Shown in pieces: positions 20,540-32,500 of a DNA stretch of 46,202 nucleotides. The number at the start of each line of letters is the position of its first letter. Positions within the stretch are counted from its first letter, which is position 1. Position numbers and translations under genes: made by a program. This DNA is from Trichomonas gallinae (lineage: Eukaryota). Under the pieces are notes generated by a model. The model ran no database searches and was not told where the DNA came from. It saw only the letters and a list, made by a program, of their open reading frames with translations. The DNA lies in the NCBI GenBank assembly GCA_008369845.1, contig MRSU01005048.1, positions 1 through 46,202 of the forward strand. Direction: 5' to 3'.

Positions 20540-22624
20540 ATGCAAAAGAAAAATCAAATCAGATCCAGATTTAAGTGGTCAAAAGAAGTAGAAATGATTA
20601 CCAATGTATCAATGGTTTCATATGATCAAGTAATTCGGCCTCAAAATGAAACTAACGACTTTAGTGAATTAGGATCTATTAATGGAAAGCCAATTTTAGA
20701 CTGTTTACCAAAACTAATGGAATACTTAGATCATTATCCATTCGAGTATAACGTTTTCAAGCCCTCAAAATTAGTTTATAACTTCCGAAAATTAATTTTT
20801 TCGAAATTTCCTGCAAAAGTATTCTTTACACTTTTAAATACTTGGCCATCAGCAATTTCTCAAGCATCATCAACCGTGAAACCAATTATTGATCTAATTC
20901 GAACAATGATTTCGATTTCTAACAATCCAATGAAAGTAATTGCATGGTTAATCAGTGCTGTTGCGCCAAGACATTTCAGTACACAATCACAAATCCTTCA
21001 TGCCGCAACATTAACTAAAAATGAATTACAACAATGGGTTTTTCTTGATGTAAATCACAATTTGATCATATTTACAGAAAGAGAAGGCAATGTGTTTGCT
21101 GAAAAGAACAAAGGAAAAGCTATTCGAGCTGAAGCAATTAATAACACAGATATCATCATTTATGGTAAAGAAAACAAAGAATTATTCAAATTTACACCAT
21201 ATGATAGCGATCATGTGAAGCTTTGGATTGATATATTTAATCCACATAAGAAAATTGGCTTAATTCAATTCTTTACTGTGGTAAAACAAATGTGCATTCC
21301 AACAAAACTTACTTGTGCACTTTCTTCAATTCTAACATCATCCAATGGTGACGCAATTCGTGTGCTATACACACCAGGTGTAGTACCTAAAGAAGATTTA
21401 ATGAGTTTAACTCATTATATAATGAATATCTCAGCATATTTGCAAAGAGTAACATTAAATCTTAATTTCATACTTACAGCAATCTTCGAACAACCACATT
21501 CCACGCTTGATTATTTGTGCAATGAAGATCCATATCTCGAATGCCTCTTCATGTACTACAGAGCTCATTTTATTGATTCATATATACAGAATTTCTTGGT
21601 AAAACTAGCAAATTACATACAATCAGTTTCCCCGCTTGAATTTACAAGCAAAAACGCCGAAAAACTTGAAAAAGTTCTTTTTACATGCATAAAATACGTT
21701 CTAGGTAGCATTCAGTTTATTCCACCTGAAATTCAACATCTTTGTTCAATGTTAAAAGCTTATGCAACAGTTAAATTCAACTCAAAGGGTGCAGTTTTCC
21801 GTATTATTTCGTCTTTCTTTGTTCAATACATTGTTGAGTTTTTCATTTCCATTCCGAAAAATTTCTTGAAAGATTATGAAGTGAAAGATGCGAGAACAAT
21901 GGTTGGTGTTGCAAGATTGCTCAAAACTGCGCTCATGTTAGGCTCATATTCGGCTGAATTCCCAAAATTCGCATCTTTCGATAAAAGATTATCAAAATAT
22001 TACAAGAAAATTGAAGATTTTATTTTAGAATTAGCAGTAATACATAGAGTTGACAAAGATGGAAATGTTTCTCACTACGCTCCCGAATATAAGGCACCAG
22101 ATAAAAATGAATTTGTTTCTTGTCTAGGAAATGTTTATCAAATTATTGTTAGAAACACAAAGAAATGCTCATCTGTTGCGAAATACCATGCTTCTGATCA
22201 CACATTCGCAACATCTGCAGTTGGTTGGACAATTGCAGCTGTCGAAACAGAATACTTCAAGAATTGTTATGAAGACAAAAGAAGTGACACAAAGAAAGCT
22301 GCTTTCTCGCAAACAATCTTCAACGAACTATTCGCAAAACATATCTGCACAGGGCCTGATGCAATTCCAGCAAAAAGATGCAACACTCTAAAGGTATATG
22401 TCAGGGTTAAGAATGGCGCAGCATCTTTTATCAATGATGGAAAAAAGAGAAAATATTCTGTTATTAAAGTTACAAAAATTAAAGTTGTCGGATCAAATGG
22501 AAGGAAGAGGATAATTGTAAGGAGAAGAATCAAGAGAAACAATATGTCCAAAGAAGGAACGGCAATGAATGTCAATGATGATGAGTATTCACTGAGTACA
22601 TCCCTTCACTCTGAAGAAATATAA
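20540..22624 (+). CDS. PH-like + degenerate RasGAP-fold protein, paralogue of 1221-3497 (start uncertain: ATG 20462/20540/20594/20612)
   Basis: Shared motifs with the first paralogue: WP..I, WVFLD.NH.L.IF, LFTCIKYVLGSIQFIPPEI..LCSMLK.YATVKFNS, FASFDKRL. Basic tail. Confidence 0.6.
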   Translation: MQKKNQIRSRFKWSKEVEMITNVSMVSYDQVIRPQNETNDFSELGSINGKPILDCLPKLMEYLDHYPFEYNVFKPSKLVYNFRKLIFSKFPAKVFFTLLNTWPSAISQASSTVKPIIDLIRTMISISNNPMKVIAWLISAVAPRHFSTQSQILHAATLTKNELQQWVFLDVNHNLIIFTEREGNVFAEKNKGKAIRAEAINNTDIIIYGKENKELFKFTPYDSDHVKLWIDIFNPHKKIGLIQFFTVVKQMCIPTKLTCALSSILTSSNGDAIRVLYTPGVVPKEDLMSLTHYIMNISAYLQRVTLNLNFILTAIFEQPHSTLDYLCNEDPYLECLFMYYRAHFIDSYIQNFLVKLANYIQSVSPLEFTSKNAEKLEKVLFTCIKYVLGSIQFIPPEIQHLCSMLKAYATVKFNSKGAVFRIISSFFVQYIVEFFISIPKNFLKDYEVKDARTMVGVARLLKTALMLGSYSAEFPKFASFDKRLSKYYKKIEDFILELAVIHRVDKDGNVSHYAPEYKAPDKNEFVSCLGNVYQIIVRNTKKCSSVAKYHASDHTFATSAVGWTIAAVETEYFKNCYEDKRSDTKKAAFSQTIFNELFAKHICTGPDAIPAKRCNTLKVYVRVKNGAASFINDGKKRKYSVIKVTKIKVVGSNGRKRIIVRRRIKRNNMSKEGTAMNVNDDEYSLSTSLHSEEI

Positions 22625-22739
22625 ATATATTGCGAATACAGGGTTTTCAAGTGATATAGTTTTTATCCATAATCACTTGTTTTGTTATTTTTTGGTAAAA
22701 TTGTTATTTTTTCTTATTGCAGTAGTCATTTGTTGACTT

Positions 22740-22950
22740 AAAGTCAATCAATGATATTTAAGATTTTTACCATTTGAAGCAAAAATCAAAGCTGTTTGTT
22801 TGATTTCGTCTTTTGCAATTTCATTGTATTCAGCAACTATGAGAAAAAGTTTAATAACTTCATGATGATCATTTCATGAAGCACAAATCAAAGCTAAATG
22901 GTATTCATCACTTTTTGCTTTGATACCTATTCCAGGAACTGCGAGAAAGA
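22740..22950 (-). pseudogene. Ankyrin-repeat gene remnant
   Basis: Minus strand reads FLAVPGIGIKAKSDEYHLALICAS*NDHHEVIKLFL...(frameshift)TALIFAS. The ~100-bp periodic repeat tgaagca.aaatcaaagct occurs at ~22775 and ~22877. Confidence 0.75.
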
Positions 22951-23186
22951 CAACTGCATTATAGTTTAATACAACGTAGTAGTCTGTTAACAAATTCAAT
23001 CTTATAACAAACTAAGTTTTGCTTTTTTTAATATGTTGTTTTATTGAAACTATTTTCAATTTTCAGGCATTAGGAAATATTATTATAAATTTGTCACGTA
23101 AATATTTAATTTGCCATGTAAATAGAATCTAATAATTTGTCATGTAAAATTAAAAATCAAAATAATTTGTCGTGTAAAGTTCAAAA

Positions 23187-26100
23187 ATGAGTTCTCTTCT
23201 TCGTCGACTTTTTTCGTTTGGATGTTCTCCGCCACAAGAAATCCATGTGAAAATGCCGCCTCCACCAAAAATTCTTGTGGCTCCTCGTGGTGATTTACCT
23301 TTAAAACCGAAACTTTCGTTAGTTACAGTAAATCTTTATAAACCTGGTTCTGCACAAACGGAAAGCTCTTTCAATTTACAGTGCTCTATCAATATTGAGA
23401 CGGATCCTGTGAAATTTGATCTATTAAAATTCATTACAACTCATGAAGAAACAGATAATTACAAAAAGGTCGAAATATCTCTCCAAACTACAGAAAAAGA
23501 AATCCAAGAAGAAATGGCTTCTAAATCTGCAGAAGAGAATGTTCCAAGTCAGAATTCTAAACCAATTCATGAAAACATCGAAAAAACTCGACAAGTACAT
23601 TCATACATCTCCGAAAATAAGCCACACGTCATCCTTAAAAAGGATATTGTCGAAAATAAATCAGATTCAGAATCAAATTCACAAAGTTCTCAACAAGCAT
23701 CGTCATCAACAGAAAGCATCAACGAATATCAATCAGATGAAGAAGAATCGCACAAATCTACTCAAAATTCATCAGAATCAGAAATTCAATTTTCATCTGA
23801 TCAATCTGAGCAATCTTACAATCAATCAAACTCTGAAAATGCATATTCATATCACAGTGAGGCATATCCAGAGCAAGAAAACGAATCTAATCATGAATAT
23901 AGGAATGATAATCTTTTCTCTATTCCAATGAAGAAAACTCTTGATGGAGCAAACTTCTTGGGTGTTCCAAATGTTAATTTCATGGATAATTTCTATATGC
24001 GCGATTCTACGCAAAATCAAAATAATTCATCGAAACATTCATCAAATGAAATTTCTGGATATTCTAGCGATATTGAAATCATTGGCGAATCCCATTCCCA
24101 ACAAAATCTTAATCAAGAATGTTCTTCTGAACATGATAATAATGATGACAACAAATACACAGCGTCTAAACTCTTCGCTAAAGATAGTCAGCATAGCTCG
24201 AATCAAGAGAATGAATATTATTATGAGGAAGATTACGATGAAGCACCAGAACTCGCTCATGAAAAGCAGAGAAACCAAGCAGTCCCTGAAATCAGGCCAA
24301 AACAAATGTTTACCAATCCTTACAATGCTAAGAAACAAGAAGAGGAAGAAGCTGACTACGAAGAAGAGTATTATGAACATGAAGAAGAAAAGCATGATAA
24401 TCACAAAGCTGAAAATGAAGAAGAAGAAAAACAGGAAGATAGTCAACAAAATGCTGAATATGAAGAGGAAGAAGATAATCATAAACAAGAAAATTCAAGA
24501 TCAGGTAAAACAATTGCTAATTTTGTTAATTCTCATGATGAAAACGAAGAAGACTATGCTAATGAAGAGGAAGAAGAAGCTAAATCAGACAAGAATATTA
24601 TTTCAAAACAAAATTCACAGATTTCTCAACATTCTGCCGAATACGAATATGAAGAGGAAGGATATGAACACGTACAGACTGAAGAAAAGCCAAACATAAT
24701 TCCTTTGATGACTAATTACAATCAATTTGGCTTCAGCGGCCTCAATGCAATTCCTGTAATGAATCTTAGTCTCGATAATACTATTCCATTTACTCCAAAG
24801 TTTACTTCTGCAAACACGAGTCATGAAAAACACGGCAACGAAGAGGAAGAAGAAAATTATGATCAAAACCATGAAAACGAAGAAGAAGAACAGAAAAGTT
24901 ATGACCATCATGAAGAATCCCAAATTGAAGAAGAATATCACGATAACAAAGAAGAAGAAAATGAAGAAGAAGAACAGAATGAAAACAAAGATGAAGAGGA
25001 TGAAAATGATGATCAGCTTGAAGAAGAAGATAATGTTGAGAGTCATGAAGAAGAAGAGCAAAAGAATGAAGTTGAGCAAACTTATGAAGAAGAAAAAGCT
25101 GATAACGAAGAAGAGGAACAACATGAAGAATCACAAAATGAAGAAGAAGAACAAAAGAATGATGTTGAACAAACACATAACGAAGAAGAACAGAAAAGTG
25201 ATGAGCAACATGAAGAATCACAATATGAAGAAGAAGAACAAAAGAATGATGTTGAACAAACTCATGAAGAAAAAGCTGATAACGAAGAAGAGGAACAAGA
25301 AAATGATGAACAACGTGAAGAATCCCATAATGAAAAAGAGCAAAGCTATGATGAACAACATGTGGAAGAAGAAAAGCATGAAATTGAGGAAGAATCAAAT
25401 GATGAAGCCCCAGAATTGGCATACAACAATGAAGAAGCTGATGAAGAAGACTCTCACCACGAACAAACAGAAAGTGATCAGAATCTTAAACCAGCTGAAG
25501 AAATCCACCAAATAAATAACGAAGCTCCGGAATTGTCATATCATGAAAACAACGAAGAAGAATATCATGAATTACAAAACGATGCACAGCAAGTAAACGA
25601 AGAGAATAATGAAGAGAAAGTTGAAAATGATCAACAACAAGATGATGAACATCTTTGTGACAAAGATGCGCCAATCATTCAGAATCATGAAACTGTCCAA
25701 GTAGAAGAAACACTTCATGAAGAAGAAGAGAATCAACATGAAGAAGAAAACAATGATGATCAACAGATGGATGAAGAACATCATAAAGCAAATGAAGAAG
25801 CAGACAATGAAACAGAAAAAGATGAAAACCATGAAACAGACCACAATATTCATGATCATGATGATAATGAAGAGAATGCAGAAGTGAAATACGATGAAGG
25901 CGTTGATCAGCATCATAATGAAGAAAAGCAAGAATTAGAAAATGATGAGAAACAAAATCAAGAAGTAAATCATCAGGTTTCTGTCAATGTAGAAAGAGAA
26001 GATGAAAAAGATCAAGAAGTAAATATCGAGATGCAGACAGAGGATTCGAAGACAGAAGAAGATGCAGATGACGAAGCAGAAAATTTAGAAGCTACTGCAA

Positions 26101-26414
26101 TATATGACAATCGAGATGAAGAAACAGATGACTCAATCGAAATCCACCCAATCGACGAAAATCGACCAGAAAACAGCAACGATATTCAATTTGAAGTTGT
26201 TGATATCCAGGACGAAAATGAAGAAGATCATCAAGATTTCGAAATTCAACAACAAAATGAATATGAACAAGACAACGAAGAGAATCAAAATGAAGAAAAC
26301 ATTCAAGAAGAAAGCATTGATCAAGAGGAACGAATTCAAGAAGAAAATAATCAATCTGATGAAGAAAATAGTCAATCTAATGAAGAAGAAGAAAATGAAG
26401 AAGCAGATGAATAA
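23187..26414 (+). CDS. Large E/N/Q/H/D-rich low-complexity (intrinsically disordered) protein
   Basis: 1075-aa ORF with a short ordered N-terminal region followed by an acidic disordered body with internal repeats. Confidence 0.8.
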   Translation: MSSLLRRLFSFGCSPPQEIHVKMPPPPKILVAPRGDLPLKPKLSLVTVNLYKPGSAQTESSFNLQCSINIETDPVKFDLLKFITTHEETDNYKKVEISLQTTEKEIQEEMASKSAEENVPSQNSKPIHENIEKTRQVHSYISENKPHVILKKDIVENKSDSESNSQSSQQASSSTESINEYQSDEEESHKSTQNSSESEIQFSSDQSEQSYNQSNSENAYSYHSEAYPEQENESNHEYRNDNLFSIPMKKTLDGANFLGVPNVNFMDNFYMRDSTQNQNNSSKHSSNEISGYSSDIEIIGESHSQQNLNQECSSEHDNNDDNKYTASKLFAKDSQHSSNQENEYYYEEDYDEAPELAHEKQRNQAVPEIRPKQMFTNPYNAKKQEEEEADYEEEYYEHEEEKHDNHKAENEEEEKQEDSQQNAEYEEEEDNHKQENSRSGKTIANFVNSHDENEEDYANEEEEEAKSDKNIISKQNSQISQHSAEYEYEEEGYEHVQTEEKPNIIPLMTNYNQFGFSGLNAIPVMNLSLDNTIPFTPKFTSANTSHEKHGNEEEEENYDQNHENEEEEQKSYDHHEESQIEEEYHDNKEEENEEEEQNENKDEEDENDDQLEEEDNVESHEEEEQKNEVEQTYEEEKADNEEEEQHEESQNEEEEQKNDVEQTHNEEEQKSDEQHEESQYEEEEQKNDVEQTHEEKADNEEEEQENDEQREESHNEKEQSYDEQHVEEEKHEIEEESNDEAPELAYNNEEADEEDSHHEQTESDQNLKPAEEIHQINNEAPELSYHENNEEEYHELQNDAQQVNEENNEEKVENDQQQDDEHLCDKDAPIIQNHETVQVEETLHEEEENQHEEENNDDQQMDEEHHKANEEADNETEKDENHETDHNIHDHDDNEENAEVKYDEGVDQHHNEEKQELENDEKQNQEVNHQVSVNVEREDEKDQEVNIEMQTEDSKTEEDADDEAENLEATAIYDNRDEETDDSIEIHPIDENRPENSNDIQFEVVDIQDENEEDHQDFEIQQQNEYEQDNEENQNEENIQEESIDQEERIQEENNQSDEENSQSNEEEENEEADE
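25040..25330 (+). repeat. Intragenic degenerate tandem repeats (EEEQKNDVEQTH/EEKADNEEEEQ/HEESQ units)
   Basis: Near-identical nucleotide blocks, e.g. gaagaagaacaaaagaatgatgttgaacaaac occurs twice. Confidence 0.85.
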
Positions 26415-26545
26415 TATGTTTTTATAGATATTTATATATTTTGTAATGTTATTTAATAAAATATTTGTTATTGATATTAATAAATGAATTAACGCAACAA
26501 GTAACTTTAGATTTAAAAAATATAATGAAATAAATAAAAGGTGAA

Positions 26546-29500
26546 TTATAAAATGTTCGTCATGACATCTTGAATGATCTGTTTCGAGACATCTGTTGGT
26601 ATTGGCTTATTCTTTGTGTCAGAATAGATCTGAGCGACAACTTTGTGCACTAAGTGCTTCTTTGTCTGGTTCATGTAGATCTTTCCGAACTCTAAGATCT
26701 TCAAGTTATCATGGATTAAACGGAGTAAATTACGCTTCTCGAGCTCCTGGTATCCGCTGAAGCATCCGAAAGCGTCTGAATTATATTCGATGTATTTCTT
26801 AACAACAATAAATGGCTCATCGAGCTCTGGCCTCTTCATGAATGTCGCAAATGTTATAGCAGCAATTGTCGGCCAGTCTTCTTCTGCATATTCGATAGAC
26901 ATAATGTATTGGTGGAGTTCTGGTTGATATGCAACTGCGAGGATGTTAATAGCAGGATCTAATGCGTACATCTTCAAAACTAAATCCTTGCAGACACTCT
27001 TTTCGTCATATGCAGCCAAAATCATCGCCAAAGAGTAGAATGGTCTCGTTGACAAAGGAAGATCAGTTAACTCCTCAAGTTGCTTTGTCTGTGGTAAAGA
27101 TTGCAGCAACTCGAAGCTTTCGCGCGATCCAATGCAATTTAATAATGTAAGAGCAGATATCGCGCCTGTTGTGAAGATTCTAGTGATGACGATTAATATT
27201 ATGCTTGCGCGCATTTTCTCTGTGAGATTAACTAAAGAGAAAGAGTAGCATAAAACATGATTGTTATCATCTGATCCGAAAGGAACAACTCTCAGCATTT
27301 GCTGGACTAATGTATCAGCAAGTCCGGTGTAAAGCGCTGAGCAGAAAATTACGCCGATGTAGTTTTGCACTGATCCTTGGTTCGTGTTGAGTTTCTCCAT
27401 GAACTTTGCGAGAATTTCGGCCTTAATCTTGTCGAGACCCAGCAATTTGAGTGTTGTAGAAATAAGGCCAGCAAGCGCGCATAACTTTCCTGCCCACGGC
27501 TCGAACTCTGGTTCATTTGGTTCCGCGTATAATTTGACAGCAATCTTAATGGAATTTGACGCGTTGCTGCTCGAATGCAGAGTCAGCATTGCTAGCAAGT
27601 TATTCAATAATTTGGAGACTTCTATTCTTTGCTCAATGTTGAGCTTATCTCTAACATTGATGATTTGCACTAAAAGATCAGGAACAGTCGCTTTGTAGAA
27701 AGCGTCAGCCATTAATAATGAATGCAAAACGTTTTGTGCGAAAGTTCCGTTGTCGAAGTTGTTGACCCAATATCTGGACGAGAACTTGTAGTTGAGCTGT
27801 GCGACAAAGTTAACAAGCCTAAGTGATTCCTTAGTATTCATTTGCTTCAGTATTCCGAACAAATATTCGATGTTCTCATCTTCGACAAAAGTGCTCCAAA
27901 CTAGCGAATTGAAATTGTTTTGCACTGATTGGTTATTGAAGTAGAAATTGATGATTTGCGTAAGAATTCCATTGTCTATTTTGTATCTAACTAAGTTCTC
28001 GACCCATGGACCTAAGAAAGGAATTGTGTCTGGTAATGTATCCGCTGGCAATTTCGGCTTCATCTTGAAGAATTCTTGCATGAATGTTTTAGTTTCTTTA
28101 AGATTTCCTGCAGCCAAATCTCTAGAAAGGGAAGCAACAATTGTCCTGCAGTTAGAAGGAACGAGATGCTCCGGGCAGTCAGCTGGATTGGACGTCCTGG
28201 TGAATTCGAAGCTGTTGTATGTGGAAATAACCAATTGCATGGCAGCGTAATTCAGCGAAACATCTCTTTCGCTCGAAATAAGCGAAGCGAAGGCAATGTT
28301 CAGCAAAAGCCACTGCACTGAGCTCCGGTCGACAGTCACACCACCGTCTGTGCTCTGCTTCTGGTTGACTCTGCTGACGGCTGCAACTAAAAGCGAGTAA
28401 AGGTTGGATCCCTCTGTTGTCTGGAAAGTAACTGAATTGCTCTTGTAGCTGAAAGTGAATCCGTCGCTTGTCAGCGTCGGCGACATCAGAATGTCGAACA
28501 TGTATATCTGTATCGAAAAAGCGTCATAAGGTAGCTGAGGATATGGCCTCAAAACTTGCAACGATTTGTTGTGAAGTCTGACGAAAACTTGCGCGTTATC
28601 TAATCTCGCTGTGTGGATTGATTCGATTGTCGTGAATATCTCTGAAGCAATACCTATGAATTTCGGCATAGATCCGAGTTTCTCTGTGATTTGTTCAGGA
28701 GATTTGACGAAGAATAATTTCTTGAATTGGAATTTTGGCGCCGAATCAACTAAATACTGCAAGAAAGCATCACAAGCATTAACAACAATAATTCCGTTGA
28801 GTTTCGAGTAGATTCCTGCAGCCATTTCTACGTACTTTGCAAGCTGGCTTGGTTTGACGAACTGCGTCTTGTCGAATACAGAGAAATCAGCAATAATCCA
28901 GTAATTTTGCTGAGCGATTTTCAGCATCTTAAATATGTGGTGGAATAAACATGTTGGATCGTTAACATGTGGAAGCTTTGCGTTGTTGATGTGATACAAT
29001 AATAAATTGTCAGCGGGTGGATGTGTTTCTTTGTAGAACCACTGGCCTAAGTCTTGCATTGGTTCTGCCTTGAATTCGTTTTTCAAGAATTTGTCGAGTG
29101 CTGGAGTATTTGTAGGAACGTTTTCTGCTGGTTTATCATCAGATTTCGCTGGTTTGTTCTTGTTGACGTCTTTGACGATTTGGTTGAGTTTTTCAGCTGA
29201 TTTCCTCAGAGGATCTGACTCGGAAAGTTCTGCTATCTTTGTTTCTAACTGTCGCCTGATTTCGCTGAAGTCTCCTTCTAAAACGCCAATGACTTTCTTC
29301 TTGTCTACTTCGACTTCTTCGAACGTTGCGTCCTTGAGATCAGTGTCAATCAGTTCTTGAATGGCAGCCTTGAATGATTCGTGGACTTCTGCGGCGATGT
29401 CGTTGAAGACAATGAAATGGTCGCCTTTCTCATTTAACGAACCCTTTGTCGCTGAGCCCATCAATATAACAGAGATCGTCAGCAAGCAAGCGCGCGGTTC

Positions 29501-32500
29501 TTCTGGTAGCAATGGTGGCAAACCAACTAAAGCTGTGACAGAAAATGCCGGTAAAATAAATCTCAAGAAAACGAAACCGAAAACAATATGTATACCTAAA
29601 CCGTCGAAGCACTCGTTGATTCTCTTGTAGAGTATTTGTATAACTCTTATTATAGCGTTCGGAATAGACTTGAGCGCGTGAAGAATCGTGTCAATAGCTT
29701 TGCGCAAAACTGTTCTGAAGTTTCTCCTGTTTTGTTCAATGTCTTGTCCTTCGCCGATTTTCGTTGGATTTATCTGGAAATGCGTGCCTCTTTCTGCTTC
29801 CTCTATAATACTGTTGAACAGTGGTCTTAAGTGGTGTGTCATCCAAGCCTGTCCGAACAACCTTGGGAAGTGTCCGACAGCTCTTGATGCTACACCGTTG
29901 CCTCTGAAAATCGCGTTCTTTGATGCCTCGTGTGCTGTTTTGAGTTCCATCTTGATCATGAAGTCCATCAGTTCATAGTGCGCGTCCTTCAAAACAGCAG
30001 CTTCGAGGAGGTTGATGCCGACAGCTTCAGCTCTTGAGAATGGAACTAAGTCCATCAATGTCTCAATCAGCTGGAATCTTGTCTCAAACAAAATATCAAT
30101 CAAGTCTTCATCCCTGTGATCGCCGCCTTCTTTCTGCGGTGCTACTGGTTCTGGCTTCTTTAGGACATTGGCATAACTCAACAAAAATGTTGTCCTTGTG
30201 AGTGTCGATGATGCTAAGCAGTCGGAGATGCACTGGACGATGCCTGTGTTGATGTTTGACCTGAAAAGAGAAGTTAGCATTGCCTGGATTTCGTTCTTAA
30301 GTTTCGGCTGTGCTTTAAGAACTGTTGTTGCAATGTTCACGAAGAATTTGAATTTGTCCAAGTACTGCTGCTCTGGGAACTCCAATCCGTCCAATAATTT
30401 GCTGAGGGCATCGAGTAAAACTGTTGTTGCGGCTTTGGATGACATAGAAAAGTCTGGCTTAGATAACCACCAACCTAATGAGTTCGTCATTTGTCTTCTT
30501 GCATTTGCGTCGACGTCTTTGGAATAATACGACATCGCTGCAACAATCAAGTGCGCGCATAAGATGTGGTAGTCCGTAATTGATACCAAATTGCAATAAC
30601 CTGTGAAATCCATAATAAGTTTTGTGATTAGAGAGGAGTCAACTGGTGTTTCGTAGTAGAATGGCTGTCTGAGCAAGTTTCTGAGAACTTTCATAGCGTT
30701 TTTGATGTAAATATTATTTTCTGTTGTAACATCAAAGACACCTGGTGTTGTCTGCATCTTATCGATTGTCTCCTGGATGAGCTTAGTTAGCTGGTTATAG
30801 AACGTTGGCAAAAGAGCTGCAGGAAGGCAATCAACTGCCATCTGACCAACAAATTCACCGTCTTTGAGGAATCCGTGCACGAAATCGATGACTTTATTAT
30901 GCACTGGCTGCAGCAAAGACATGATTATCGAGAAACAATTTGGTAATTCATCATGCAAAACTGAAACTGGTTTGTTAACCTTGCGTTCTGGTATGTCTGG
31001 GAGCTTCATGTCAGGTGCAATAACATTAAGAGCTGATAAGAAGTACTTATAAATCGTGTTCCAAGCAGTTTGAATTCCGGATGACTGATTCTTAACTAAA
31101 ACAAGTGATTTGATGAAGTAAGGATCCATAGCTTGTGTAGATGACCTGTTCTTGCAGTTTGTAACTAATGTTTGGTAAGCTTCAAAAGGCATAGTAATTG
31201 ATTCGTAGTTTCCCGCTTGATGTAAGATATTTAGAATCTCGTTGATGATAGAGACAGCTGTTTTGGTGACGTCGCTTGCTGAAGAAACCATCAAAGAAAG
31301 AGCAATAATTTCGAAATGGTTCAAAATCGAGCGGACGTCTGTCCTTTTGAGTAAATCTTCCGATCCTTCGACACTCTGATCTGGAAGTGCGCAGAAAACG
31401 AACTGTGCGATCTTGTATGTGACTTCTGGAATATAATCTGTAAATGTCGTTGTCTGATAAAGCATTGACACGATGACAATTGATGAGATTGATGTGGTGA
31501 CGTTTAATATGTAGTTCCACATTTGATTGTCCTGATATAATCCATCCAATCTTTCTGGATTGAAAAATTTAAGCAGCGCGATGCATAATTGGTATAAGTT
31601 ATTGTTGTAGGCAGCCGTGATGATGGATTGTATGCATGTGTAATCGCATCTCATTAATGTTTCGAGAAATTCTGTATTGTAAACGAAGCCCTTGAATAAA
31701 GATCGCATGGCCATGCAGTTCATATTAGGTTTGGTAAGAATATCAATGCATTGAATTGTTGCTCTGATGATTTCATTTGGCAATTCAATCCGCATTCTAT
31801 GATTGCAAAGGCGAGAGATGAATTTGCAGAAGAAATTTCCCTTTGTTGGGATAATGGAAGCTAAAAGCATGTTGAGGAATTTCTCTAAGAATATTTTTTG
31901 ATCATAAAAATATAATGCTAATCCGAAATTCACGAAAATAAACTTTTGTATGCGTGGTTTGGCCTCGAGAATCTTCTTCATGGCCCTTTCGGTGTAATTC
32001 AAGACGGAATTGAAGATTTTTTGAGTATTTTGGCCAAAGACCTCAATTTTTTGCGTTTCTGAGACTAACAAGAAGCCAGCGTTGAGAGCATTCAAGTAAG
32101 TTTCAACCAGAGATGTGACGTTATCCGTTCTATCGAAGCATGTCGTAATTAAATCAAAATCAGAATTGTACTTTCCTTTTTCTACGTCTTGTGGTACAGT
32201 CAGTAATGTCGAGCATCTAGCTATGAATGGAATTCCGTTCGATTTTTTGTCCCACGATTGCAGCGTGTCGAGTAATCTTTCAACTTGCGCGATTTTTGAT
32301 TGCTGTTGGTAGATGTGTAAGAATTCGTATGGAGCTGACTTGATGGAGAAAGTAAAAAGATCAACGAAGATCTGGGAAATAATCGATCGACAATTATCCG
32401 GTGATTCATGTACAGCTGGAATCAAGTGCTCCAAAGCGTGGGCAAGTGATTCAATACTCGAAGATAAATAAATGAATGGGCTTAGAACGTTTTGTATTAC

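Noticed and set aside
23443..26427. Long alternative-frame ORFs (K/M-rich on +, F/I/L-rich on -) overlapping the acidic protein
   Set aside because: Expected by-product of GAA/AAT/CAT-rich low-complexity coding sequence, which lacks stops in other frames.
26962..32409. Numerous short antisense/nested ORFs inside large genes
   Set aside because: Typical antisense shadows of codon-biased CDSs, with no independent motifs.
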